64,000 bases of DNA from an uncultured Muribaculaceae bacterium (GCA_947629175.1 CANRCT010000003.1:16271-80270); one strand, 5' to 3'; positions 28,608 to 36,956 are shown, counted from the first letter of the stretch. Notes: generated by a model not told the origin, from the sequence alone. Numbers and translations: made by a program.

Positions 28608-29852
28608 TCACTCTTCAGATGGCCCCAGCTCGCTTTCGAGCACTTTGCGCGACTTGTCGAACGCCTCGCCGAAACCGCGCGCCCTGATTTTCCCGTCGGG
28701 CCCGATCAATGCGAAAAACGGCCATCCTGTGATACGGAAAGCATCCATCACCGGCTTATTGTCCGGAAAATCCTCTACCTCCACCTCGATCCACGGGTGA
28801 CGGAGCATCCCTTCAAGCACTGGGCGTATGTCGTCGACTCCATCCGACGGGACTTTCCTGTCGGCCGGCAATCTTTCGTAATTCTGGCGCACCATGTCGA
28901 GCGACTCGGTCAGGCCGAGCACTTCGAGTCCGCGACTGTTATAGATATCGTGGAGCCTAAGCACATACTGGTCGATAAAGACCGATCCCGGGCAAAGTCC
29001 CCAGTGATAGATTAGCAGATAGCGCCCTTTGAAATCTTTCTCTGTAATCTTCTTTCCGTCGACAGTTGTCAATGCGAATTCAGGCACAGGCTGCCCGTCG
29101 GCAAGCCGTTCCATATCCGCCAGTTCTCGGGCGAATACACGCCCATAGTAGGTATCCTTCAGCTCCCGGCTCCAGCTATCGTATTTCGCCCTCGACTGCT
29201 CTACCGGCGTACTTGCGATGCGCTCGAGAGCATCTACAAGCAGCGACAAGGTCCCTGCGGGATTGGCGTTGACATATGCCTTTCGGGCATCACGCATCCG
29301 CGCTATTCCGGGATTCGACTTGGCGCGGCTAAACGCATTGACCTTATGAAACCATTCTTCGGCACGCGCCGTATCCTTTTCTTGCTGCGCCGCCAGCAGT
29401 TCTCTCATATAGTCATCTCTGATCTTACCGATCGAATCTTCGAGGCGAAGTGACTCCGCCAGCATAGGCTCATCGTAAATGCCGCCGCTCAACCGACTAT
29501 AGTAAATTTTCCCGACCGAACCAGAGAGCCTGATACGATCGCCATCGGTTATGATCAGAGTCAAGGCTAATCTGGAGCCCATCCGGGGCGCTCCTTTTTT
29601 CGGGTGAAATGTCATTCTGTACACCTGATCATGCTCCTGCATGCCCTTATAGAAGAAAGTATCAGGCTGCTCCACAACGATATCAAAAGCCCCCTCCCTG
29701 TTCCTTCTCAGAAAAATGACCTGCTCGAAGCGCAGCGTATCGCCCTCATGCAAGCCCGCGATGCGCCCGGAAAGCGCGAACGATTGCATATTTTCCGCTG
29801 AAGCCATAGATGCAACAGCCACAACCGACGCCAAAACAAAAGATCTGACCAT
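28608..29852 (-). CDS. Secreted TlpA/redoxin-like protein (thioredoxin-fold C-terminus, CPGS motif)
   Basis: Signal peptide; GQPVPEFALTTVDGK...FKGRYLLIYHWGLCPGS...GWPFFALIGPDGKIRARG matches the AhpC/TlpA fold pattern. Confidence 0.75.
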   Translation of the reverse strand: MVRSFVLASVVAVASMASAENMQSFALSGRIAGLHEGDTLRFEQVIFLRRNREGAFDIVVEQPDTFFYKGMQEHDQVYRMTFHPKKGAPRMGSRLALTLIITDGDRIRLSGSVGKIYYSRLSGGIYDEPMLAESLRLEDSIGKIRDDYMRELLAAQQEKDTARAEEWFHKVNAFSRAKSNPGIARMRDARKAYVNANPAGTLSLLVDALERIASTPVEQSRAKYDSWSRELKDTYYGRVFARELADMERLADGQPVPEFALTTVDGKKITEKDFKGRYLLIYHWGLCPGSVFIDQYVLRLHDIYNSRGLEVLGLTESLDMVRQNYERLPADRKVPSDGVDDIRPVLEGMLRHPWIEVEVEDFPDNKPVMDAFRITGWPFFALIGPDGKIRARGFGEAFDKSRKVLESELGPSEE

Positions 29853-29970
29853 AACAAAAATAACGGTATTGATTTATCCCACAAATATAGTAAAAACCAC
29901 ACTTTCTTTACATTTCCCTCATATGCTTAACAACATAACTGCATTTATCCCCACCAATAACATTTTTTTG

Positions 29971-29978
29971 TAACTTTG
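29971..29978 (+). promoter_or_regulatory. -7 promoter element heading the islet
   Basis: TAACTTTG consensus; predicted TSS near 29984. Confidence 0.65.
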
Positions 29979-29983
29979 CACCT

Positions 29984-30215
29984 GATTTCAGAGCCATAGA
30001 GTTGGCCAACGGAATCAACAACTTTATAAAAAGGTGTTATTGAAATTTTATCTTCGTCATTCAAACTTGGCGGTTTATATGCAGTGAAGATGAGATTGAC
30101 AATAGCACCTGCATCGGATGCTTATACCCTGCTATAATCAGCAGCTTATATGGCATATCGGTGTGGGGCTATTGTTTTATCCACTGCATAGGTACGCCAA
30201 GACCTGAATGACGGA
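29984..30215 (+). ncRNA. Candidate structured leader/ncRNA: small 5' domain plus ~160-nt rod hairpin
   Basis: Nested stems read by eye: CGTCATTCA/TGAATGACG, CTTGGCG/CGCCAAG, TATGCAGTG/CACTGCATA, GACAATAGC/GCTATTGTT, GCATCGG/TCGGTGT, ATGC/GCAT, CTGCT/AGCAG. Confidence 0.6.
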
Positions 30216-30296
30216 TAGAACAAGATACAATCCTCACACCTTTTTCATATCTAAATGTAAGCGTTGCAGAGAGGATTATGCAACCGCCAAATTAAT

Positions 30297-30626
30297 ATGA
30301 ACGCTAAAAGCCTGAAAAGAATACGCACTATTGTAACTAATGCGCGTAAGCACCCTTATTATGTCAATTATGAAATTGAATCATATGCTGAACTTAGAGG
30401 AACCTACTGTATAGACATTTCAAAGCATGGTTGTTTAATCAATAAGTTTATGTTTTGTCCTGACACTGACGGCAACATCGAGTCTATCGCTATCTACGGT
30501 GACAATCTACGGGGTCACATGAATGCCATACGTCAAAGCATGAAGATTTTTGACATGGATGTCGAGAGCGTTGATTTTGAAAGCGGATATTCTGATTATG
30601 TGGATGTATATCTAAAAACGGAATAA
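30297..30626 (+). CDS. Hypothetical protein (islet ORF1)
   Basis: ATG 30297 after A/T-rich leader; 109-aa alpha/beta-looking ORF; no family recognised. Confidence 0.7.
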   Translation: MNAKSLKRIRTIVTNARKHPYYVNYEIESYAELRGTYCIDISKHGCLINKFMFCPDTDGNIESIAIYGDNLRGHMNAIRQSMKIFDMDVESVDFESGYSDYVDVYLKTE

Positions 30627-30630
30627 TATT

Positions 30631-31314
30631 ATGTCAACCACCGTATATCTTACAAAAGGACAACGTATCTGTATCACCAATTTCCTCAAATGGTTAATGG
30701 TGGATTTTGATGTAGAGTTAAATGAAGCAATCTTTGAAGATTACATATCAGGGATTGGCTCAACTATGCACGAAGGTATAAATAATGAAATATTGGAAGC
30801 GCTCCCCCAAGAGGTCAAAGTGGATATTATCAATAAATTACTGCTGTCTTTTGGTAAAATATCTGACCTGTCAATACTATTAAAATTGTCTCAATATCTT
30901 GAGGATTCTATGATTGGGTCTTGGAGCGAATCAGTTATGATTCGTTCTATAATTGTTATTGCTCAATATTTCTTCGGTGAGTCTGTCAAGATTGTTCCAA
31001 GGACATTCAACAAACCCACATCTAAATTATCAGTATATTTGGATAATGCCACTTTTGAGATAACCACTTTGATGTCGTCTTTCTCTGCGCAAAAACTTGT
31101 TAGAATAACTTTAGACGATAAAATTCTTCATAAAGTTATGGAATATGAAAAACAGCCCTCTCAATTTGACATAGAGGAACTTTTAGGCAATTTACTATGT
31201 ATGCCCTATGCTCCCGTTGATTTATCTCGTTGTGAGTACATACATAGCTCATTTAAGAATATGAGCTACTTGGATATTAAGCTGACAAATATCATACCCC
31301 AAAGACATCCATAA
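30631..31314 (+). CDS. Hypothetical protein (islet ORF2)
   Basis: 227-aa ORF in AT-rich DNA, 4 nt after ORF1; no family recognised. Confidence 0.75.
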   Translation: MSTTVYLTKGQRICITNFLKWLMVDFDVELNEAIFEDYISGIGSTMHEGINNEILEALPQEVKVDIINKLLLSFGKISDLSILLKLSQYLEDSMIGSWSESVMIRSIIVIAQYFFGESVKIVPRTFNKPTSKLSVYLDNATFEITTLMSSFSAQKLVRITLDDKILHKVMEYEKQPSQFDIEELLGNLLCMPYAPVDLSRCEYIHSSFKNMSYLDIKLTNIIPQRHP

Positions 31315-31386
31315 CACCCTCCATAAAATTAGCTATCTAAAGAATTATGCCCATATTAACCACAACACAATATATGAGTATTAAAT

Positions 31387-31947
31387 ATGGTTACGTTTGA
31401 CAGCCCTGAATTAAAAAAATTGGTAGAGCATGACAATCAGATCCTTTCCAAAGGCAAGATTGATTGGGAAGCCAAAATACTGCCTATCGCCAACAAGATA
31501 GCGGAATGTGAGAAACACTTAACTGTCCCTGATGTTGCATTAAAGCTATATTCAGAGGAACATCCTGAATTTTCCATAGATAAACATAAGGCTGATTTTG
31601 AGGAAAGATTAGTTAGAGCAAAAACCGAGTTAACCCAGCTTATAGCGTCAATATCAGACAAAGAGGCTAATGATAGGATTGAAGCTCTTGCCAACGAAAT
31701 TAAGAATTGGGAAAAACAAGAAGGGCAATTTTCATGGAAAGATGTGGCACTTTCCATACTTGAACTTCCTGAACGAATCATCTTCGATTATGACCGTTGC
31801 CCTGATTGCGGACATTCAAGAATCCGCATTTATTTCCATTCTCCTAAATGGACATGGGCTATGATGTGCGGCAAAGCAGGTGAAATGGCAATTTGTCCGT
31901 CCTGCAAAACACAATCTGGATTATTCGGAATAATAACAAGCGCCTAA
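31387..31947 (+). CDS. Hypothetical coiled-coil protein with C-terminal Zn-ribbon (islet ORF3)
   Basis: Helical N-terminus then CPDC...SPKWTWAMMCG...CPSC. Confidence 0.75.
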   Translation: MVTFDSPELKKLVEHDNQILSKGKIDWEAKILPIANKIAECEKHLTVPDVALKLYSEEHPEFSIDKHKADFEERLVRAKTELTQLIASISDKEANDRIEALANEIKNWEKQEGQFSWKDVALSILELPERIIFDYDRCPDCGHSRIRIYFHSPKWTWAMMCGKAGEMAICPSCKTQSGLFGIITSA

Positions 31948-31950
31948 GTC

Positions 31951-32094
31951 ATGTATTTAATATTAGACCAACTCGCGAGTAGAGCGAAACTGATATGGAT
32001 TCTCATCCTCTGTCTTATATTCACATTCTATATTTTAGACCCTATTGTGAAACGGATAGATAAGTGGATAGACAATCACAAAAAACGTAAATAA
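31951..32094 (+). CDS. 47-aa single-pass membrane peptide (not in ORF track)
   Basis: MYLILDQLASRAKLIWILILCLIFTFYILDPIVKRIDKWIDNHKKRK; fills the gap 3 nt after ORF3 and 5 nt before the SanA-like gene. Confidence 0.55.
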   Translation: MYLILDQLASRAKLIWILILCLIFTFYILDPIVKRIDKWIDNHKKRK

Positions 32095-32099
32095 AAAGC

Positions 32100-32720
32100 A
32101 TGAGCCGTATGCAGAAGATAATATTTCATTGTCCCATAATCGCTACAATCATACTGATCTGTATGATTGGTATATGTTATATTGTCGTTTCGGTCAATGC
32201 CAGTAAGAAGACATACACCATTGTGAACTGTATTCCACAAAATAAGGTTGGCCTACTTCTCGGCACTTCTCCGACAACTCCGCAAGGAGAGCACAACTAT
32301 TATTTCGACAATCGGATTCAGGCCGCAGCGCAACTTTACCATAATGGCAGAATCAGCCACATAATAGCAAGTGGTGGCGATTACTCCAGAGAAAACGGTT
32401 GCAATGAACTCACAGCCATGCGGGATTCATTAGTAGCTCTTGGAGTTCCTGACAGCATTATCACATTGGACTATCAGGGCTTGCGCACTCTTAATTCAAT
32501 AGTCAAAGCGAAAGAGATCTACGGCCTTGACAGCGTCACTATAATCTCGCAAAAATATCACAACGAGAGGGCCATTTGGCTTGCAGATCATTATGGACTT
32601 AATGCAATAGCCTACAATGCAAAGACTCCCGATATTACGGACAAACGAATCAAAAACATCTCACGCGAACTTCTTGCAAGAGTCAAGATGGTTATTGATA
32701 TTTTAATGCGTAATCAATAA
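32100..32720 (+). CDS. SanA/YdcF (DUF218) family protein
   Basis: TM anchor, GLLLGT, YFDNRIQAAAQLY, IIASGG, NELTAMRDSL, DYQGLRTLNS, ISQKYHNERA and RELLARVK. Confidence 0.9.
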   Translation: MSRMQKIIFHCPIIATIILICMIGICYIVVSVNASKKTYTIVNCIPQNKVGLLLGTSPTTPQGEHNYYFDNRIQAAAQLYHNGRISHIIASGGDYSRENGCNELTAMRDSLVALGVPDSIITLDYQGLRTLNSIVKAKEIYGLDSVTIISQKYHNERAIWLADHYGLNAIAYNAKTPDITDKRIKNISRELLARVKMVIDILMRNQ

Positions 32721-32725
32721 TCGCA

Positions 32726-32765
32726 ACAATTCCGACCGCACAATTCCGGGACAATTCCGACCGCA
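32726..32765. repeat. Three tandem ACAATTCCG copies (two full ACAATTCCGACCGCA) at the right edge of the islet
   Basis: ACAATTCCGACCGCA at 32726-32740 and 32751-32765, ACAATTCCGGG at 32740-32750. Confidence 0.8.
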
Positions 32766-32792
32766 GATTTTCGGGATGATTTTCGCTGGGGA

Positions 32793-32824
32793 TTTGGAGA
32801 TTAGGCGGGAAATCACTACCTTTG
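32793..32824 (+). promoter_or_regulatory. Consensus -33/-7 promoter of rplY
   Basis: TTTG 32793-32796, 20-nt spacer, TACCTTTG 32817-32824. Confidence 0.8.
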
Positions 32825-32903
32825 CACCGCTTTTTAGGCATCCCGTGTGATGGGAAATTAAGGAGCGCTTAATTTTTAGTAACACAAACAAAACGAACAA
32901 ACA

Positions 32904-33563
32904 ATGAAGACATTCCAGCTCAGCGCCGAGCCCCGTACTGATCTCGGCAAGAAGGCCGCCAAGGCTCTCCGCAAGGAAAACAAGATCCCCGTAGTGCTCA
33001 ACGGCGGCGAAGTGATCGACCTCCCCTACAACGGCAAGCTCCGCGAGGGCGAGAAGGTGGTCGTGATCGAGAAAGACCAGTCCAAAGGCCTCATCACCAC
33101 CGATCTGGCCGTGACCACCGACTCCGTGCGCAAGCTCATTTATACTCCTGACATCTTCGCTATCGAGCTCGACCTCCACGGCGAAAAGCGTATGGCCGTG
33201 CTGAAAGACATCCAGTTCCACCCCGTGAAGGACACCATCCTCCACATCGACCTGCTTGAGGTGAACGACAAGAAGCCCGTCACCATCGAGGTACCCGTGC
33301 AGCTCGAAGGCCACGCCGAGGGCGTGAAAGCCGGCGGTAAGCTGACTCTCTCGATGAAGAAGATCAAGGTGAAGGCCACCTACGACAAGATCCCCGAGCG
33401 CGTGGTAGTCAACGTAGACAACCTCGGCCTCGGCAAGACCATCCAGATAGGCGATCTCCACTACGAGGGTCTCGAACTGACCAACGCCAAGAATGCCGTT
33501 GTCTGCGCCGTTCAGCTGACCCGCGCAGCCCGTGGTGCGGCAGCCGCAGCAGCTGCGAAGTAA
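32904..33563 (+). CDS. rplY: 50S ribosomal protein L25/Ctc
   Basis: RTDLGKKAAKALRKENKIPVVL, KDIQFHPVKD.ILHIDL, GVKAGGKL and IQIGDL motifs. Confidence 0.95.
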   Translation: MKTFQLSAEPRTDLGKKAAKALRKENKIPVVLNGGEVIDLPYNGKLREGEKVVVIEKDQSKGLITTDLAVTTDSVRKLIYTPDIFAIELDLHGEKRMAVLKDIQFHPVKDTILHIDLLEVNDKKPVTIEVPVQLEGHAEGVKAGGKLTLSMKKIKVKATYDKIPERVVVNVDNLGLGKTIQIGDLHYEGLELTNAKNAVVCAVQLTRAARGAAAAAAAK

Positions 33564-33596
33564 ACCAGTCACCTCTGATTCATAACCCGGTATCAA

Positions 33597-34160
33597 ATGA
33601 AATATCTGATAGTCGGGCTTGGCAATATCGGCGACGAGTACGCCATGACACGCCACAACATAGGTTTTATGATATTGGATGCCTTTGCGAAGGCATCCAA
33701 TATTACTTTTACCCCCGAGCGTTATGGCGACGTGGCCCGGATGCGGCTCAAGAACGCGCAGCTGATACTCCTCAAGCCCTCCACCTACATGAATCTCAGC
33801 GGCAACGCCGTGCGCTACTGGCGTGACCGCGAGAAGATCGACAACGACCATCTGCTCGTGGTGGTCGACGACATCGCGCTCCCCTTCGGAGCCATACGCC
33901 TCAAGGCCAACGGCAGCGACGCCGGCCACAACGGCCTCAAAAACATCGCCGCCATGCTCGGCACGCAGGCCTATCCGCGTCTGCGGTTCGGGATCGGCAA
34001 CGACTACCAGCGCGGACAGCAGATCGAATACGTGCTCGGGGCTTTCACGCTCGATCAGCGGCAGCAGCTGCCTACGCGTATTGAGGTGGCCACAGAGGCC
34101 ATCAGGGCTTTCTGCCTCTCGGGCCTCGACTTCGCGATGTGTAATTTCAACAACAAGTGA
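33597..34160 (+). CDS. pth: Peptidyl-tRNA hydrolase
   Basis: [32 protein letters not shown] and RLRFGIG motifs. Confidence 0.97.
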   Translation: MKYLIVGLGNIGDEYAMTRHNIGFMILDAFAKASNITFTPERYGDVARMRLKNAQLILLKPSTYMNLSGNAVRYWRDREKIDNDHLLVVVDDIALPFGAIRLKANGSDAGHNGLKNIAAMLGTQAYPRLRFGIGNDYQRGQQIEYVLGAFTLDQRQQLPTRIEVATEAIRAFCLSGLDFAMCNFNNK

Positions 34161-34162
34161 CC

Positions 34163-34621
34163 ATGGCCAAGACCGAAGAGAGAATCGACAAATGGATGTG
34201 GGCCACCCGCATATTCAAGACCCGCACCATCAGCTCCGACGCGTGCAAGAAAGGACGCATCAGCGTAGGCGGCGCCACGGCCAAACCGTCGCGTACCATC
34301 AAGGTAGGCGACGTCATAGAGGTGCGCAAACCGCCTGTCACCTACAGTTTCCGCGTGAAAGCACTGACCGAGAACCGTCTGGGAGCCAAGCTCGTGCCCG
34401 ATTACCTGGAAAACATCACTCCGAAGAGCCAGCTCGACCTGCTGGAGATAGTGAAGATATCCGGATTCATCGACCGCCGCAAAGGGCTCGGACGCCCCAC
34501 CAAGCGCGAAGGACGCGAACTGTCGAAATTCACCTCAGAGGCGATGGAGAGCGACGGATGGGACTTCGACTTTGACTTCGACGACGATGATGATGACGAT
34601 GACGCTGGCCTCGACGGCTGA
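34163..34621 (+). CDS. hslR: S4-domain protein Hsp15/HslR with acidic tail
   Basis: RIDKWMWATRIFKTRT, AKPSRTIKVGD and GRPTKREGR motifs. Confidence 0.9.
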   Translation: MAKTEERIDKWMWATRIFKTRTISSDACKKGRISVGGATAKPSRTIKVGDVIEVRKPPVTYSFRVKALTENRLGAKLVPDYLENITPKSQLDLLEIVKISGFIDRRKGLGRPTKREGRELSKFTSEAMESDGWDFDFDFDDDDDDDDAGLDG

Positions 34622-34661
34622 TCGCACCGAACCATGCGGCGGCTCTGATTGTTTGACACTC

Positions 34662-35309
34662 ATGCACACCTCACCAATATCCATAGGCATCTTTATCGAC
34701 GGAGGCTATTTCTCTAAAATCAACGATGAGCTCCGGCGCCGTCGCCAGCTACAGATCGACATCCACGGATATCTCGAATACATCCGCGGACGCATAGCGC
34801 AACATGCCGGCACAGACCCCTCCGACTGCCTTATCACCGAAAGCCACTACTTCCGCGGACGCTTTCGCGCCGCAACGGCAAACGAGAAACACATATTGCT
34901 CCCCGAGCGTTACTTCGAGGACGCGCTTATCGACAACGACGTAATATTCCACTACAAGCACCTGCGCGAGGTACCCAATTCAAGCGGAGGCACCACCATA
35001 GTGGAAAAAGGGGTGGACGTATGGTTCGCCCTCGAAGCTTACGAGCTTACGAGCATCCGACGCTTTGACTATGTGGTGCTCATCACCGGCGACGCCGACC
35101 ACGAAATGCTCATACGCAAGCTGAAGGCATTAAAAGTCAACGTGTTGCTCTATACGTGGAATCTCGGTCCGCAGTCGGCCACATCGCCGTTTCTCGAAGA
35201 GGAGGCCCCGTGGCACATCGACATGGAACATGAGACGTCGGCCCACCCGGCCCTTCTGAACCAGGTGTGCCGCAGGCTGTCGCAACGGCGCGACGATTCC
35301 GCCGACTGA
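34662..35309 (+). CDS. NYN-domain (PIN-like) ribonuclease
   Basis: IFIDGGY, EKGVDVWFALE and LITGDADH acidic motifs; ATG 34662. Confidence 0.88.
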   Translation: MHTSPISIGIFIDGGYFSKINDELRRRRQLQIDIHGYLEYIRGRIAQHAGTDPSDCLITESHYFRGRFRAATANEKHILLPERYFEDALIDNDVIFHYKHLREVPNSSGGTTIVEKGVDVWFALEAYELTSIRRFDYVVLITGDADHEMLIRKLKALKVNVLLYTWNLGPQSATSPFLEEEAPWHIDMEHETSAHPALLNQVCRRLSQRRDDSAD

Positions 35310-35318
35310 CCAGCATCG

Positions 35319-36512
35319 TCACAGCTTCAGACCGTTGACATTGGCAGGGGGGCGCCCGGCCTCAAGCTCCGCCTTCATAAAATCCATATAGGGAGCGGCA
35401 TGCTCAAAAAACGCCCGGTAGCCCTCGCAAAGATAGTTCAGTCCCGGTTCTCCTTCCGAGGAAACGGCAAAGCGGTTGCGCGGGCACTCTCCGTGGCAGG
35501 CAAACATCCAGCGGCACTCCTTGCACTGGCGTGGCAGTCCGGCCTGCTTGCGCGCGCCGAATTCGAGCTGACGGTCAGAAGCCATCATCTCTATAAGCGT
35601 GGATTCATGAATGTTGCCGAGCTTATACTGCGGGAACACGAAATGATCGCATGCGTAGACATCGCCGTTCCACTCCATAGCGGCAGCATGGCCGCACATT
35701 GACGAGAGCGTGCACACTCCGGGCATCGCTCCCACCCAGTTGGCAAGGGTAGCATCGAAAATCTGAACGAACACCTTGCCGACATCCTCCCTGACCCATT
35801 CGTCAAACAGGCCTATAAGAAAATCGCCCCACTGGCGCGGAGTGACCGAAAAGTCGGTCAACTCTCCCGGACTGGCCACATCGGCCAGCATATTGTCGGG
35901 CTTGATGCGCTCCACCACGGGAGTAAACTGTATATAGCGGCAACCGATCTCCTTGAAAAAACGGTAGAACTCCACCGGATAATCGGCATTGTAATCATTG
36001 ACCACCGCAAGAGCATTCCATTCCACTCCATGACTCTGCAGCATCTTTATGCCACGCATCACGGCGTTAAACGTCGGACGTCCGTCGGCCATGCGCCGGT
36101 ATTCGTCGTGAAATTCCTGAGGGCCGTCGATCGACACTCCCACAAGCCAGTCGTGGCGCTTCAGAAACAGACACCACTCGTCGGTGAGCAGCGTGGCATT
36201 GGTCTGCAGACAGTTGATTATGTTACGTCCGGCACCGTACTTTTTCTGTAATTCCAAAGCCTTACGGTAAAAATCAAGCTTCCTGACGGTGGCTTCTCCC
36301 CCATGCCAGGTGAATATCACCTCCGGAGTGGTCTGCGCGGCAATATACTGTTTTATAAACTCTTCGAGAGTGGCCTCCGACATCAGCTGACGGCGTGCAT
36401 CGGGATAATATTTCTTCTTCTCAAGATAATAGCAGTAGCGGCATGCCAGATTGCAGGCTGATCCCACAGGTTTAGGCATGACGTAGACCGGGGTAGCAAA
36501 AGGATTGATCAT
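35319..36512 (-). CDS. chuR: Anaerobic sulfatase-maturating radical SAM enzyme (anSME/ChuR)
   Basis: CNLACRYC radical-SAM motif, FTWHGGE, VSIDGP and SPASM cysteines (CTLSSMC, YACDH, CKECRWMFACHGECP). Confidence 0.92.
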   Translation of the reverse strand: MINPFATPVYVMPKPVGSACNLACRYCYYLEKKKYYPDARRQLMSEATLEEFIKQYIAAQTTPEVIFTWHGGEATVRKLDFYRKALELQKKYGAGRNIINCLQTNATLLTDEWCLFLKRHDWLVGVSIDGPQEFHDEYRRMADGRPTFNAVMRGIKMLQSHGVEWNALAVVNDYNADYPVEFYRFFKEIGCRYIQFTPVVERIKPDNMLADVASPGELTDFSVTPRQWGDFLIGLFDEWVREDVGKVFVQIFDATLANWVGAMPGVCTLSSMCGHAAAMEWNGDVYACDHFVFPQYKLGNIHESTLIEMMASDRQLEFGARKQAGLPRQCKECRWMFACHGECPRNRFAVSSEGEPGLNYLCEGYRAFFEHAAPYMDFMKAELEAGRPPANVNGLKL

Positions 36513-36532
36513 CGCGGCTTCATTAACATGAA

Positions 36533-36592
36533 ATAAAACGACGGGCCGGAGCCTCCCGAACGAAATGGGAGAATCCAGCCCGGAATTTCGCG
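36533..36592 (-). terminator. Hairpin between rpmH and anSME
   Basis: - strand CGGGCTGGATTCTCCC/GGGAGGCTCCGGCCCG followed by TCGTTTTATTT. Confidence 0.5.
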
Positions 36593-36605
36593 TCAGAAAG
36601 AGATA

Positions 36606-36761
36606 TTACTTGCCGGCGATCGAGCAGCTGACAGTAAGACGCTTGCGGCCTTTCGCACGACGACGTGCAAGCACCTTGCGGCCATCGGCTGTGGCCATTC
36701 TCTCACGGAATCCGTGCTTGTTGACTCTTTTTCTGTTAGAAGGTTGGAATGTTCTTTTCAT
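36606..36761 (-). CDS. rpmH: 50S ribosomal protein L34 (not in ORF track)
   Basis: [51 protein letters not shown]. Confidence 0.97.
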   Translation of the reverse strand: MKRTFQPSNRKRVNKHGFRERMATADGRKVLARRRAKGRKRLTVSCSIAGK

Positions 36762-36794
36762 TGCCGTATGTTGATTATCTTATTAATATATTTG

Positions 36795-36866
36795 TATCCC
36801 CGTGGGGAGTCGAACCCCAATCGTTGGAACCGGAATCCAATATTCTATCCATTGAACTACGGAGAC
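36795..36866 (-). tRNA. tRNA-Arg(CCG)
   Basis: GTCTCCGTAGTTCAATGGATAGAA...TTGGA-TTCCGGT-TCCAA...GGTTCGACTCC...CGGGGATA; CCA not encoded. Confidence 0.95.
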
Positions 36867-36956
36867 TTGTCGCTTCCGGCCCCCTAAAAGAGGCTCAAAA
36901 ACGGTGCAAAGTTACTGATTTTTTATTATCTTTGCAAAAGAACTCGCAAAAAAGCA

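Larger units (their letters stand above)
29960..32720 (+). other. AT-rich accessory islet of five co-oriented genes with a structured leader; no mobility gene
   Basis: Abrupt shift to AT-rich sequence and codon usage relative to the GC-rich flanks (by eye, not computed); mostly orphan ORFs. Confidence 0.75.

Noticed and set aside
29872-29958. Near-direct repeat ATTTATCCC(C)AC(A/C)AAT at the left islet edge as an att site
   Set aside because: Both copies are on the same side and there is no counterpart at the right boundary.
30090-30137. 15-codon uORF MRLTIAPASDAYTLL inside the rod hairpin
   Set aside because: Start codon is buried in a stem, there is no A-rich enhancer, and an ORF this short is expected by chance.
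29984-30215. Retron msr-msd or integron attC interpretation of the long hairpin
   Set aside because: No reverse transcriptase or integron integrase in the window, no RYYYAAC/GTTRRRY ends, and the element is not repeated between the ORFs.
30631-31314. RxxxxH (RCEYIH) in islet ORF2 as a HEPN toxin motif
   Set aside because: A six-residue pattern without the usual R-N context; too weak without a profile or structure search.
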